Origin: an uncultured bacterium
GTDB lineage: Bacteria > Chloroflexota > UBA5177 > JANWHV01
Assembly (NCBI GenBank): GCA_963729625.1
Contig: CAVSOU010000010.1
Coordinates: 640,001 to 704,000, forward strand
Direction: 5' to 3'
Length of the DNA: 64,000 nucleotides
Part shown: one piece after another, positions 1 to 9,447 of the stretch
Layout of the letters: each line of letters begins with the position of its first letter
Position numbering within the stretch: position 1 is the stretch's first letter
Notes under the pieces: generated by a model
Databases searched by the model: none
What the model saw: the letters and a program-made list of their open reading frames with translations, nothing else
Told to the model about the DNA's origin: nothing
Translations under genes and position numbers: made by a program

Positions 1-206
1 TCTGTGTCGACAAGATGGACCTTGTAGACTATAAAGACGTTGGCCGTCTGCGCAAATATCTCAGCGAGCGTGGCAAGATCGAGCCACGTCGCAAGACAGG
101 TACGTGCGCGAAGCATCAGAGGGTGCTGACGACGGCGTTGAAGCGCGCGCGCCAGCTCGCCTTGCTACCGTATACCGCCGAACACCAGCGCTTTACGCAG
201 AGATGA
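1..206 (+). CDS. rpsR: 30S ribosomal protein S18 (5' end outside window)
   Basis: [40 protein letters not shown]...[13 protein letters not shown] is the S18 signature; the frame is open to the window edge. Confidence 0.97.
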   Translation, partial: CVDKMDLVDYKDVGRLRKYLSERGKIEPRRKTGTCAKHQRVLTTALKRARQLALLPYTAEHQRFTQR

Positions 207-1315
207 GCGCGCCAGTGGAGCCCCAACAGGGGCAGACAAACCCAGCAAACAAACCGCCTGCGCACCGCCATCGACGTCAACCACACGAACGGTATCGGCG
301 TTCGAGCGCGGTCATCGATGATCGCCCTGACGGTACGCCTATCATCTTCGGGTACGGTCGACACATGACGAAACGCGAGAAGGATCGCGCTCGCCGATTG
401 ATCGCCTATTGCGTACTTGAAGCTGTGGTGGCAACCTGTCTGTCTATTCTCATCGTGTCGCTCGTCTACCTTAACTTCATCTACCCGAGCAATACGGTTG
501 CCACGGTCTATAGCAACGGCGTCACTGGCAGGATCAGCCGGCACGACGCCGACGCCATGACCAGCTACTTTACCTACGTGCAACAGCAACAATCCCAGAA
601 TGGCCAATCGGCGCTTTCAGCGCAGGACCCGCATGCGCAGGCCATTCAGCAACTGCAGCAATGGAGACTCAGCTCGGTCGAGGCCAAACGGCAGTTTGGC
701 ATAACCCCATCGGACGCAGAGGTCAATGCCGAGTATTCGAAGGAAATTAGCGGTGCAGGCGCGCAGGCGAACCTCGAAGGCTCGCTCAAGGCGGCCGGAC
801 TCAGTGTTGGCGACTACAAGCGCTTCTTCGTAACGGCGAATCTTGTCGAGACCAAACTGGGTCTCGCGCTCACAAAGAATGACCCGGCGACCGCAGAGCA
901 GTGGCACTATGCCCGCATTGAGGTTACTTCGAAGATCACCGCCACTGCAATTCTCGCTCAGATCGGTCGAAACAAGAACCCGGCAGCTGAGTTCAAGACG
1001 CTGGCAAAGACCAAGTCGGCGGACACGCAGACGTCGTCACAAGGCGGAGACGTGGGGTGGGAGCGCGCTACCGACTCGTCGTCGGATCCAATCATGAGTG
1101 CGTCACTCGTGCAGGCTCTCACGAGTATGCAGAAGAACCACACCGTGTTTAAGCTGTACAACACAGGATCGAGCTGGTATGTGCTGGAGTTTCTCGGGCA
1201 CGATTTAAAGCACAAGCTCAGCTCCGCCCAGGTACAGTCGGATCGAACGGCTGCCGTGAACAGCTGGGGCAGCCCGCTCGTCGATAAGGCACTGTTCAAC
1301 CCTCCACTACCGTAG
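203..1315 (+). CDS. Membrane-anchored PrsA/SurA-like foldase (PpiC/parvulin-like domain)
   Basis: ATG at 203 overlaps the rpsR stop (ATGA); N-terminal TM helix; SurA-N-like segment ([13 protein letters not shown]...GLSVGDYK); rotamase motif [20 protein letters not shown]. Confidence 0.8.
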   Translation: MSAPVEPQQGQTNPANKPPAHRHRRQPHERYRRSSAVIDDRPDGTPIIFGYGRHMTKREKDRARRLIAYCVLEAVVATCLSILIVSLVYLNFIYPSNTVATVYSNGVTGRISRHDADAMTSYFTYVQQQQSQNGQSALSAQDPHAQAIQQLQQWRLSSVEAKRQFGITPSDAEVNAEYSKEISGAGAQANLEGSLKAAGLSVGDYKRFFVTANLVETKLGLALTKNDPATAEQWHYARIEVTSKITATAILAQIGRNKNPAAEFKTLAKTKSADTQTSSQGGDVGWERATDSSSDPIMSASLVQALTSMQKNHTVFKLYNTGSSWYVLEFLGHDLKHKLSSAQVQSDRTAAVNSWGSPLVDKALFNPPLP

Positions 1316-1472
1316 AGTTCGTCAGGCCCGTCGACACTAACGTGGCGAGTCGGCGGGCTTGGCGGGAATCGTGCTCAGATTGCGGCCGGCCACGTGCACG
1401 GCTCGAGCAGTTAGGGAACCAGCTTCGTGATCCTTTATCAATCGCGTGAGCCGTTATCGGCGGAAGCGGCGC

Positions 1473-2573
1473 GTGACAACTGAGTCAGCTAAACGAATCC
1501 GCCTTGCCCTCCTGCTGGGTGGCCGCTCACCCGAACACGATGTGTCGCTGTCTTCCGCGCGCTCAGTCTTCAGGGCTCTTGACCCAGCACGCTTTGACGT
1601 CGTGCCCATGGCGATCGACCAGGATGGTCGCTGGCTGCCGATCGGGACCTCACAAGCTCTCCTCACAACCGGCCTGCCGGACGATGCTGGGGACGTGGTC
1701 CAGCCCACCGCCCTCGTTCCGGATCCGTCAATCGGCTCAGTGGTCGACGTTGTCTTTCCTCTGCTTCACGGTCCCTATGGCGAGGACGGCACCGTCCAAG
1801 GCCTGTTGGAGCTGCTTGACGTCCCGTACGTGGGCGCCGGCGTCGCCGCGTCGGCCGTCGGCATGGACAAGGCACTGATGAAGAGTCTGTTCGCTCAGGC
1901 AGGCCTGCCGGTGCTCGAGCATGCGGTCGTACGACTGGCACAGTGGGCGCGAGATCGGACCGGGATCTCGCAACGTCTCAGCACTGTTCCGGGGTTTCCG
2001 TGCTTCGTCAAGCCGGCCAATATGGGCTCCAGCGTTGGGGTGATTCGATGCGATCAACCTGGGGACCTCCCCCCTGCCCTGGATAGTGCATTTGTGTATG
2101 ACCTGAAGGTACTTGTGGAGAAGGGTGTGCCAGGCTACCGCGAAATCGAGTGCGGCGTGCTCGGCAACGAGGAGCCACGCGTGTCTGTCCCGGGCGAAAT
2201 CACAGTCTCAGGCAAGTTCTACGATTATCACGCCAAGTACACCGATGGCGCGGCGCGCCTGCAAGTTCCGGCTGAAGTGCGTCCCGAGACATCACGCGCA
2301 CTCCAGTCCATCTCTCTGCAGGCGTTTTCCGCGATTGACTGCGCCGGCATGGCTCGAGTTGACTTCCTCGTCTCGCCCGACGAATCAGAGATCTGGCTCA
2401 GCGAGATCAACACGATTCCCGGTTTCACGCCTCTGAGCATGTATCCTTTACTCTGGCAGGCCTCACGTGTCTCATATGCAGACCTCATCAACCAGCTTGT
2501 CCAGCTTGCGTTCGAGCGCTTCGCGGCGAAGGCGCGCCTTAGACGCAACCGTGCCCCCGAGGGGGATGCCTGA
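1473..2573 (+). CDS. ddl: D-alanine--D-alanine ligase
   Basis: GGRSPEHDVS, FPLLHGPYGEDGTVQG, FVKPANMGSSVG, FYDYHAKY, EINTIPG; start could be 1446 or 1473. Confidence 0.96.
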   Translation: MTTESAKRIRLALLLGGRSPEHDVSLSSARSVFRALDPARFDVVPMAIDQDGRWLPIGTSQALLTTGLPDDAGDVVQPTALVPDPSIGSVVDVVFPLLHGPYGEDGTVQGLLELLDVPYVGAGVAASAVGMDKALMKSLFAQAGLPVLEHAVVRLAQWARDRTGISQRLSTVPGFPCFVKPANMGSSVGVIRCDQPGDLPPALDSAFVYDLKVLVEKGVPGYREIECGVLGNEEPRVSVPGEITVSGKFYDYHAKYTDGAARLQVPAEVRPETSRALQSISLQAFSAIDCAGMARVDFLVSPDESEIWLSEINTIPGFTPLSMYPLLWQASRVSYADLINQLVQLAFERFAAKARLRRNRAPEGDA

Positions 2574-2597
2574 AGGGCTGCACCAGTGCCTCGCGCC

Positions 2598-3290
2598 TCA
2601 GTCTCGCACGCGAGCTATCGACAGCCCATCTAGAGCGTACGAGCCACTCTGAGTCAGAAGGATCGTGCCGTCCAGGCGAGCATCTTGGGCCACCCGGTCG
2701 TTGTAGTCCTGGACGGCCTTGATCACATTGTCACGTAACGGTTGCTCCAGCACCGCGCCATCGCGCAGCACATTGTCCGCTACGATGAGACCGCCGCGCC
2801 GCGTGAGCCGCAGCGCGTGATCGAGGTACGCCGGGTAACTGCCCTTGTCGGCGTCGATGAACACCATGTCGAATGGTGAATCGTCGGGCAGCCTTGCCAG
2901 TGTGCCGAGCGCCGGGCCTACCAGCACTTCGATGCGGGCCGCCAGGCCGGCCTTGGCGATGCTGCGTCGCGCCACGCCAGCGTGGGGCTCCGAGACTTCG
3001 AGCGTGATCAGTCTTCCGTTTTCCGGAAGCGCTCTGCCCATCCAGATCGCGCTGTAGCCCGCGAGCGTGCCAATTTCCAGTACCCGCGTCGCGCCTGAGA
3101 TACGCACGAGCAAGGCCAGCAGCTTCCCGGTGGAAGGTCTGACCTGGATTGCCGGCATTCCCGCCAGGCGCGCCTCTGTCAACAGCTCCCGCAGCACAGT
3201 GTCCTCGGGAGCGTAGAGCGAATCAATGTACTGATTCAATCGCGCGAGCATCTCTCCCACCACCGCCACATCTCTTTCCGGCACCGTCAT
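2598..3290 (-). CDS. SAM-dependent O-methyltransferase (COMT/caffeoyl-CoA OMT family)
   Basis: VLEIGTLAGYSAIW, FDMVFIDADKGSY, GGLIVADNVL motifs. Confidence 0.92.
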   Translation of the reverse strand: MTVPERDVAVVGEMLARLNQYIDSLYAPEDTVLRELLTEARLAGMPAIQVRPSTGKLLALLVRISGATRVLEIGTLAGYSAIWMGRALPENGRLITLEVSEPHAGVARRSIAKAGLAARIEVLVGPALGTLARLPDDSPFDMVFIDADKGSYPAYLDHALRLTRRGGLIVADNVLRDGAVLEQPLRDNVIKAVQDYNDRVAQDARLDGTILLTQSGSYALDGLSIARVRD

Positions 3291-3461
3291 TACCCCTGGT
3301 GCTAACCGCCGCGCGGCTCCTCGCGAACGCGCGCGGGACGGCTTCCTCCGGTCCCGCGCGTGTTCCTTACTCTCCGGTCGTCACACCATACCGCGAACAA
3401 CCGTTACTACCAGAGTAGAGCAGATCGGAACTTCGCGCGACACGACGGGAACCAATAGCCG

Positions 3462-3525
3462 CCGGCGCTGCCGCGCGACCGGCAGCGCCGGGCCACTGGC
3501 AGCGCCGGGCCACTGGCAGCGCCGG
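3462..3525. repeat. 17-bp tandem repeat (GGCAGCGCCGGGCCACT x~2.6) preceded by an inverted copy of its core
   Basis: Repeat units at 3481, 3498 and 3515; CCGGCGCTGCC at 3462 is the reverse complement of the core. Confidence 0.8.
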
Positions 3526-3646
3526 TACCAAGCGAACATGGTGTGGCTATCCCGCAATGCCGGAGATCACGGATCGAGGGCGTGCTCCCGCCAAGGGACA
3601 TGGCGGGTCGCTCGACATCTCATGCCAAAGCACATAAACTGATTCC

Positions 3647-3931
3647 ATGGCCACCGAGACCAGTACTCAGCAGCATCAAGAGGTCAAACGCCAGATCCTT
3701 CCCCCGTGGCGAGTGCTCTTGCACAACGACGACGTGAATGACATGCTGCATGTCGTGAAGGCCTTGCTCAAGAGCGTGCCGTCGATGTCGGTAAAACGCG
3801 CGAAAGACGTCATGCTCGAGGCGCATATTCATGGTGTTGCGCAGGTCATTATTTGCCCACTCGAACACGCGGAGATGTATCGCGAGCGCTTGGAGCAGCA
3901 CGGCCTCACCAGTACCATCGAGGCTGTATGA
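3647..3931 (+). CDS. clpS: ATP-dependent Clp protease adaptor ClpS
   Basis: PPWRVLLHNDDVN...VMLEAHIHGVAQV...EHAEMY...GLTSTIE. Confidence 0.93.
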   Translation: MATETSTQQHQEVKRQILPPWRVLLHNDDVNDMLHVVKALLKSVPSMSVKRAKDVMLEAHIHGVAQVIICPLEHAEMYRERLEQHGLTSTIEAV

Positions 3932-5040
3932 CGGCCGACATCCGGCTTGGGATGATTGGATGCGGCCAAGTCTCCGAACGGTTCTTCGAGTGGGCTCGTG
4001 TGCTGCGGGGCGTGAAGTTTGTGGCAACGTGCGCCGCGCACCGTGCCAGCGCCGAATACGCCGCCCGAAGGTACGGGTGCCCAAGGTGGTATGACGACTA
4101 TCGCGCCCTCCTCGACGATCGGGATGTCGATGGTGTCGTCATCACAACTCCGCATGCGCTCCATGCCCGACATGCGCTGGATGCTGTCTCCGCCGGGAAG
4201 CATGTGTTGCTTGAAAAGCCGATGGCTACGCATTGGGAAGACGCAACTCGCTTGGTAGCTGCCGCAGCGCGGGCGGGCGTGACGTTCTTTCCGCTGCCCT
4301 TTCTGGCGTACCCCGAGCACCTTCTTGCGCAACGTTTTCTCCATGAGAGCATCATCGGCAAGGTCGTGGCCGCTGAAGCCCACATGAGCTTACCCGGGCC
4401 GCCACGTTCGAATTGGTATTACCGGAAAGAGGCGGAAGGCGGTGCGATGCTGGATACCATGGTCTATGCGCTGAGCGACCTTGCCTGCGTGCTCGGCCCG
4501 GCAAGCGTCATCACCGGCCTCGTCAACACGTTGGTGCCCCGCCGCAGGACCGGTGACGGGGGGAGGGTCCGCACTGAAGTTGACGACAATGTGAGCCTCT
4601 TGCTCGCGTACGCGACCGGTCAACACGCCACCGTTCGCTCGTGCTGGGCCCCGGCGAACTTCAGACGGGCCACTATCTTCTACGGTCGTCACGGAACGAT
4701 CTACCTTCGTGAAGGCGGCAAGCGCATCGTCGTACAGAGCGGGCGGGGACCGGTGCCTGGGGGGCATCGCGTCGAGTTCATGGGCCTCGACGACTGCTAC
4801 GAGATCGTGCCACGACCAATTGAGCCCGAGGAGGACATCCTGGGACATTTCCTCGACTCCGTGCGTACCGGCAAGCCCGCCGTATCGAACGGCGCCTTGG
4901 CGCTGCACGTGACGGAGCAGATGATGAAGGGGTATGAATCATCCGCCTCGCGCCGGACCATCGAGCTCGAGACGGACTTCAGCCTCGCGTGGGATCGCGA
5001 GCCCGGAATCATGGACCTTTCCGGACCGGGCTATCTGTAG
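3928..5040 (+). CDS. Gfo/Idh/MocA family oxidoreductase
   Basis: ATGA overlap with clpS; IRLGMIGCG Rossmann motif, ITTPHALH, GKHVLLEKPMA, GGAMLD. Confidence 0.92.
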   Translation: MTADIRLGMIGCGQVSERFFEWARVLRGVKFVATCAAHRASAEYAARRYGCPRWYDDYRALLDDRDVDGVVITTPHALHARHALDAVSAGKHVLLEKPMATHWEDATRLVAAAARAGVTFFPLPFLAYPEHLLAQRFLHESIIGKVVAAEAHMSLPGPPRSNWYYRKEAEGGAMLDTMVYALSDLACVLGPASVITGLVNTLVPRRRTGDGGRVRTEVDDNVSLLLAYATGQHATVRSCWAPANFRRATIFYGRHGTIYLREGGKRIVVQSGRGPVPGGHRVEFMGLDDCYEIVPRPIEPEEDILGHFLDSVRTGKPAVSNGALALHVTEQMMKGYESSASRRTIELETDFSLAWDREPGIMDLSGPGYL

Positions 5041-5046
5041 CGCGGT

Positions 5047-6321
5047 CTACGTATCGCGCACGATCAACGCTTCTCGCGCCTGGCCAATGCCGATGTAGCG
5101 TACAGGCACCCCGACGAGCTCTTCGATGCGCAGAATGTACCGCTGCGCGGCGGCAGGAAGATCCGCGAAGCGACGTGCGCCTGTCGTCGGCACTTGCCAC
5201 CCAGCCATCGTCTCGTAGACAGGTTCGACGCGGCCGAGTTTGCGGGTGGTCGGCATGCCGCTCACTGTCCTGCCATCCAGCCTGTAGCCGGTGCAGATCG
5301 AGACGAGCGGGAAGCCGTCGAGCGGATCTAGTTTGGAAACCGCGAGCGACGTGCAACCGCCTACCTCCGCACCGAACCGCGCGGCGACTGCATCGAACCA
5401 CCCGCAGCGCCGCGGGCGGCCCGTGGATGCGCCAAACTCTTGTCCGATTGTCCTCAGCATGTCGCCGACAGCATCCTTGAGCTCAGTGGGGAAAGGTCCT
5501 TCGCCAACGGCGGTCGTGTACGACTTGACGACACCGATGACCTCCGTAATAGCGTTAGGCGGGATGCCGGCCCCTGCTGCTGCGCCTCCCGGGAGCGTGG
5601 TCGACGACGTGACAAATGGGTAGATGCCCCAATCGAGATCGCGCAGCGTGCCCAGTTGGCCCTCGAGAATAATCGACTTCTCGGCATTCAGCGCGCTTCG
5701 CACCAACGGGAACGTGTCGACGATCTTATCTCGAAGGGCCGCGGCCCAGGCGCGGCACGTCTCCTTCAGCGCGGACAGCGCCAGCGGCTCGTGATCGTAG
5801 ATCTGCACTAACAGGCGATTCTTCTGTTCTACAACAAAGGCAAGGTCCGCTGCCAGGTAGTCTTCGTCGAGCAAGTCGCCCATGCGGACGCCGGCGCGCG
5901 CAACCTTGTCGGTATAGCATGGGCCGATTCCGCGTCTCGTTGTGCCCTGCGCACGCGCTCCACGTGCACCCTCTTCCAGACTATCGAGCAGGCGGTGGTA
6001 AGGCATGACCACGTGGGCGCGATCGGAGATGCGCAAGCCAGCCGTATTTACCCCGCGGCGCTCGAGCTCAGATAGCTCTACAAGCAGAGCATCCGGATCC
6101 ACGACGGTGCCAGGGCCAACTATGCACGTCGCGCGAGGATAGAAGATTCCCGACGGCACCAGGTGGAGCGCAAAACTCCCCAGGTCGTTGTGAATGCTGT
6201 GACCGGCATTCGCGCCACCATTATAGCGAATGACCATGTCGGCATGCCCGGCAAGGTGGTCGATAAGTTTGCCTTTGCCTTCGTCGCCCCAATGGCAGCC
6301 AACAACAGCTGTGACGCCCAG
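5047..6321 (-). CDS. purA: Adenylosuccinate synthetase
   Basis: WGDEGKGK, GGANAGHS, GIGPCYTDK, EFGASTGRPRRCGWFD; best-placed start is CTG at 6321 (ORF track extends to 6366). Confidence 0.97.
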   Translation of the reverse strand: MGVTAVVGCHWGDEGKGKLIDHLAGHADMVIRYNGGANAGHSIHNDLGSFALHLVPSGIFYPRATCIVGPGTVVDPDALLVELSELERRGVNTAGLRISDRAHVVMPYHRLLDSLEEGARGARAQGTTRRGIGPCYTDKVARAGVRMGDLLDEDYLAADLAFVVEQKNRLLVQIYDHEPLALSALKETCRAWAAALRDKIVDTFPLVRSALNAEKSIILEGQLGTLRDLDWGIYPFVTSSTTLPGGAAAGAGIPPNAITEVIGVVKSYTTAVGEGPFPTELKDAVGDMLRTIGQEFGASTGRPRRCGWFDAVAARFGAEVGGCTSLAVSKLDPLDGFPLVSICTGYRLDGRTVSGMPTTRKLGRVEPVYETMAGWQVPTTGARRFADLPAAAQRYILRIEELVGVPVRYIGIGQAREALIVRDT

Positions 6322-6609
6322 TCTCTTGCTCCCTTCAATACGCTGTATCACTGTACATGCTTTCACGGCCCGGACTCAAGGATCGCGTCTTGTTCTTGAC
6401 GTGGCTGGCCAATGTGCCGCGCTGCAGGCAACGTCTAGCCCGAATGTCTCGGCGTCACGTGAAAACAGGAATCTCAAGGTCTGCGGTTCTTTTCTTTCCG
6501 ATATCTGAAGCACGCGTGCCGGATTCGCGCCAGTTGTCGATAAAGCTGCCACAGCGTGCGATAAAGCGTTCTGAACGGCGTTGGCTTGCAGTTTGGTTTG
6601 CCAAAGGTA

Positions 6610-6638
6610 TTGCGGTTCCATGACGAATCATGTATACT
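6610..6638 (+). promoter_or_regulatory. Putative sigma70-type promoter for the zinc-ribbon gene
   Basis: TTGCGG-17bp-TATACT. Confidence 0.6.
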
Positions 6639-6813
6639 ACGGCCCGGTTAGAGGCAACATCCCTGTGATGCACTCGGTCCGCCTTGTTCTTTCGTCGAGT
6701 CTCGCGCGCCTCGATGGATTTCGCGATCCGCGGTCTAAGGCTCTCCGGGCGGCTTGCTCGCTATGCATGCCTTACCGCTGGTTTCTCAAAGTTCAAGGGA
6801 TTCAGAGACATCC

Positions 6814-7125
6814 ATGTACCAGGACAAAACCCTCGTCTGTCGTGACTGCGGTAGTGAGTTCATTTTTAGCGCGGGGGAACAGGAGTTCTTCGCGTCGAAG
6901 GGCCTCCAGAACGAGCCAGGGCGCTGCTCGAATTGCCGGTCCGCGCGTCGCGCCTCTGGGTCGATGGGTGGTGGTCGCTCCGGTGGCGTGCGCGAGCTGA
7001 CGACCGTTACGTGTTCTTCTTGTGGCCAGCCGGCGCAAGTGCCGTTTGTTCCGCGGAACGACAAGCCGGTGTATTGCAGCGACTGCTTCTCGAAGCAGCG
7101 CAGTTATAGCGGCAGCCTTCGCTAA
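6814..7125 (+). CDS. Zinc-ribbon / CxxC-x17-CxxC domain protein
   Basis: MYQDKTLVCRDCGSEFIFSAGEQEFFASKGLQNEPGRCSNCR...TCSSCGQPAQVPFVPRNDKPVYCSDCF. Confidence 0.92.
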   Translation: MYQDKTLVCRDCGSEFIFSAGEQEFFASKGLQNEPGRCSNCRSARRASGSMGGGRSGGVRELTTVTCSSCGQPAQVPFVPRNDKPVYCSDCFSKQRSYSGSLR

Positions 7126-7193
7126 CGCAACGTTTGCGCGCGACAAACGCGGTAGCGCCGTCTTGAGCGTAAGGCGGCAGGCAGAAGACTACT

Positions 7194-7262
7194 GGCACAC
7201 CTCCCTGACTGCACCTGAACGTGTTCGGGCAATTGTCAAGCAGCCGGGGAGGTGTGCTGTTT
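7194..7262. terminator. Long hairpin between convergent genes, probable terminator
   Basis: GGCACACCTCCCTGACTGC (7194-7212) pairs imperfectly with GCAGCCGGGGAGGTGTGCT (7240-7258). Confidence 0.55.
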
Positions 7263-7300
7263 GCGGTGATCGGTTTGCAGACCACCGCGCGTGCCGGGCT

Positions 7301-8983
7301 TTACACTTCGGTGATCAACGGGAGCACCATCGGCCGCAGCCCGATCTGTTGGTGCACGTAAGTGCCGATACTCTCTCTGATCATATCCCCGAGAAGCCGG
7401 TATTCGACTTCATTGCGACGCAGACGCTGCAGCACGCGCATCACGCGCTCTTGCGCGCCCACCAGAAGATCCTCCGTCTCAGACGGCAGCCCGCGCGCGA
7501 TGATCTCCGGCGTGGAGATCGGGCGGCCGGTTGTGCGGTCAACCACGACCGATGCGATCAGGATTCCTTCCGTAGCAAGCGCCCGACGGTCGCGAAGGAC
7601 CACGCTGTTCACCTGGCCCACGGTCAGGCCGTCGACGATCACCGATCCATGAGGCACGGATCCGTGAATACGTGTGCGCTGAATGCCAATGTCAATAACG
7701 TCGCCAAGGCTGGGCATGAGCACGTTCTCTTCTGCCATCCCGCACTCCATGGCCAGACGCTTGTAGTGCACCATCATCCTGTATTCGCCGTGAAATGGGG
7801 CCACATAGCGCGGGCGAAGGATTTGCAGTAGCTCGCGATGCTCCTCATGTGCCGCATGGCCGGAGACATGAATGTTCGGCGTCACGCTGGGATAGAGCAC
7901 ATTGGCGCCCAACCGGAACAGATTGTCTATTGTGCGAGAAACTGAGGATTCGTTCCCTGGTACCGGCGTGGCAGCCATCACGACTGTGTCCGCCGGCATG
8001 ATCTTAATCTGGCGATGCTCGCCCGCGGCAATGCGCGAAAGGGCGGCCGCAGGCTCACCCTGGCTGCCTGTCGTGATCAGCACGAGCTGTTCGGGGCGCC
8101 AATTGCGCATTTCATCCGTGCGGATGACGCTGCCCGACGGGATATCGATGTAGCCAAGTTCGTCGGCCACGCCGAGGTTGCGCTCCATCGAACGCCCGAC
8201 AAGGACTGCGGCCCGTCCCAGCCGGTGTGCCGATACGATGACGTTCGCAACGCGGTCCACGTTCGAGGCAAAGGTTGTCACGATCACTCGCCCAGGCGCC
8301 GTCCGCAGGATCTCGGCGATGGCCTCAGTTACGACGGTTTCCGGGCCCGTTCGCCCCGGCGATTCAATCCGCACGCAATCGGCGAGGAGGGCTGTTACCC
8401 CGCCGTCGCCAAGCTCGCGCAGTCGTGCCACGCTTGCTTCCGGCATCCCGGCGAACTTCCAGTCGCCCGTGTACACGACGGGTCCCACGGGCGAATGAAC
8501 GACCACGCAGTACGCGTCCGGAATGCTGTGGCCGACCGAAATGAATTCGAGCTGCAAGCCTCCCAAACGCAGCCACCGTCTCGGATCGACTGCACGCATC
8601 TCTACCAAATGACGCGCGTTTCGCTCGACCAGCCGGGCTTCGGCCAGGCCGAGAGCCAGTGGCGATCCGAAGACAGGTATCGGCGTCTTGCGATTCAGTG
8701 ATGTGACGACGTGAGCGAGAGCGCCGATGTGGTCCTCATGGCCATGTGTCACTACAATGCCCTGCAGCTGGTCGAGGTGCTCAAGAATGAAACGTGTATC
8801 GGGAATGATCAGATCGATCCCCAGCATCTCGCTCTCAGGGAACTTGACGCCCGCATCGATCAGCACCAGCTCACGTCCATACTGCAGGAGCGTGCAGTTC
8901 TTGCCGACCTCACCGACTCCGCCAAGTGGAATGACGCGGAGTGACGTGTTCGGAGGGGTGGCACTCATTTTGCTACCGTTCAT
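7301..8983 (-). CDS. rnj: Ribonuclease J
   Basis: IPLGGVGEVGKN, THGHEDHIGA, TGSQGEP, IHVSGH, PFHGEYRM. Confidence 0.96.
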   Translation of the reverse strand: MNGSKMSATPPNTSLRVIPLGGVGEVGKNCTLLQYGRELVLIDAGVKFPESEMLGIDLIIPDTRFILEHLDQLQGIVVTHGHEDHIGALAHVVTSLNRKTPIPVFGSPLALGLAEARLVERNARHLVEMRAVDPRRWLRLGGLQLEFISVGHSIPDAYCVVVHSPVGPVVYTGDWKFAGMPEASVARLRELGDGGVTALLADCVRIESPGRTGPETVVTEAIAEILRTAPGRVIVTTFASNVDRVANVIVSAHRLGRAAVLVGRSMERNLGVADELGYIDIPSGSVIRTDEMRNWRPEQLVLITTGSQGEPAAALSRIAAGEHRQIKIMPADTVVMAATPVPGNESSVSRTIDNLFRLGANVLYPSVTPNIHVSGHAAHEEHRELLQILRPRYVAPFHGEYRMMVHYKRLAMECGMAEENVLMPSLGDVIDIGIQRTRIHGSVPHGSVIVDGLTVGQVNSVVLRDRRALATEGILIASVVVDRTTGRPISTPEIIARGLPSETEDLLVGAQERVMRVLQRLRRNEVEYRLLGDMIRESIGTYVHQQIGLRPMVLPLITEV

Positions 8984-9447
8984 GGTCGGGCGCTTAATCT
9001 CCTTCTCGCCTGTAGGCCACTCCCAGCATGGTTACGCGTGCAAGGCGACCGCACGCATACACAAGCGTTGCTCCAGCTGTCAGAACGCCTGACTCGGCAT
9101 CGTCGTGACCAGGCCGCGCCGACACCGTTTGGCACGCGCGCGCTGGACCGCGGCTCGAAGCTTACCTTACCGGAGTGTACAACAAGAAAGGCTTGGCGAG
9201 ACCCGCGAATCAACCAGGACACAGATCGCTGCGTCGGGCAGGGGAGCTGTGCGCTGTACGAGGTATGATATGATGCCGAATGCGGTGACGGCAGGCTGTA
9301 CGCACGAGCACCCGAAGTAATCATCATTTCATCACGCTGCTGCAGTGCAGGCATCGCCACGCGATCTGGCTGTTGCCGGCTGGGAAAGTCGGCGAGACAG
9401 TCGCGTGGGATCACAGAGCTCGCCGCGAATATCCATGCGAAAGGAAT

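Noticed and set aside
6376-6673. Short minus-strand ORFs upstream of purA
   Set aside because: No SD or recognisable domain; the region is the divergent promoter interval
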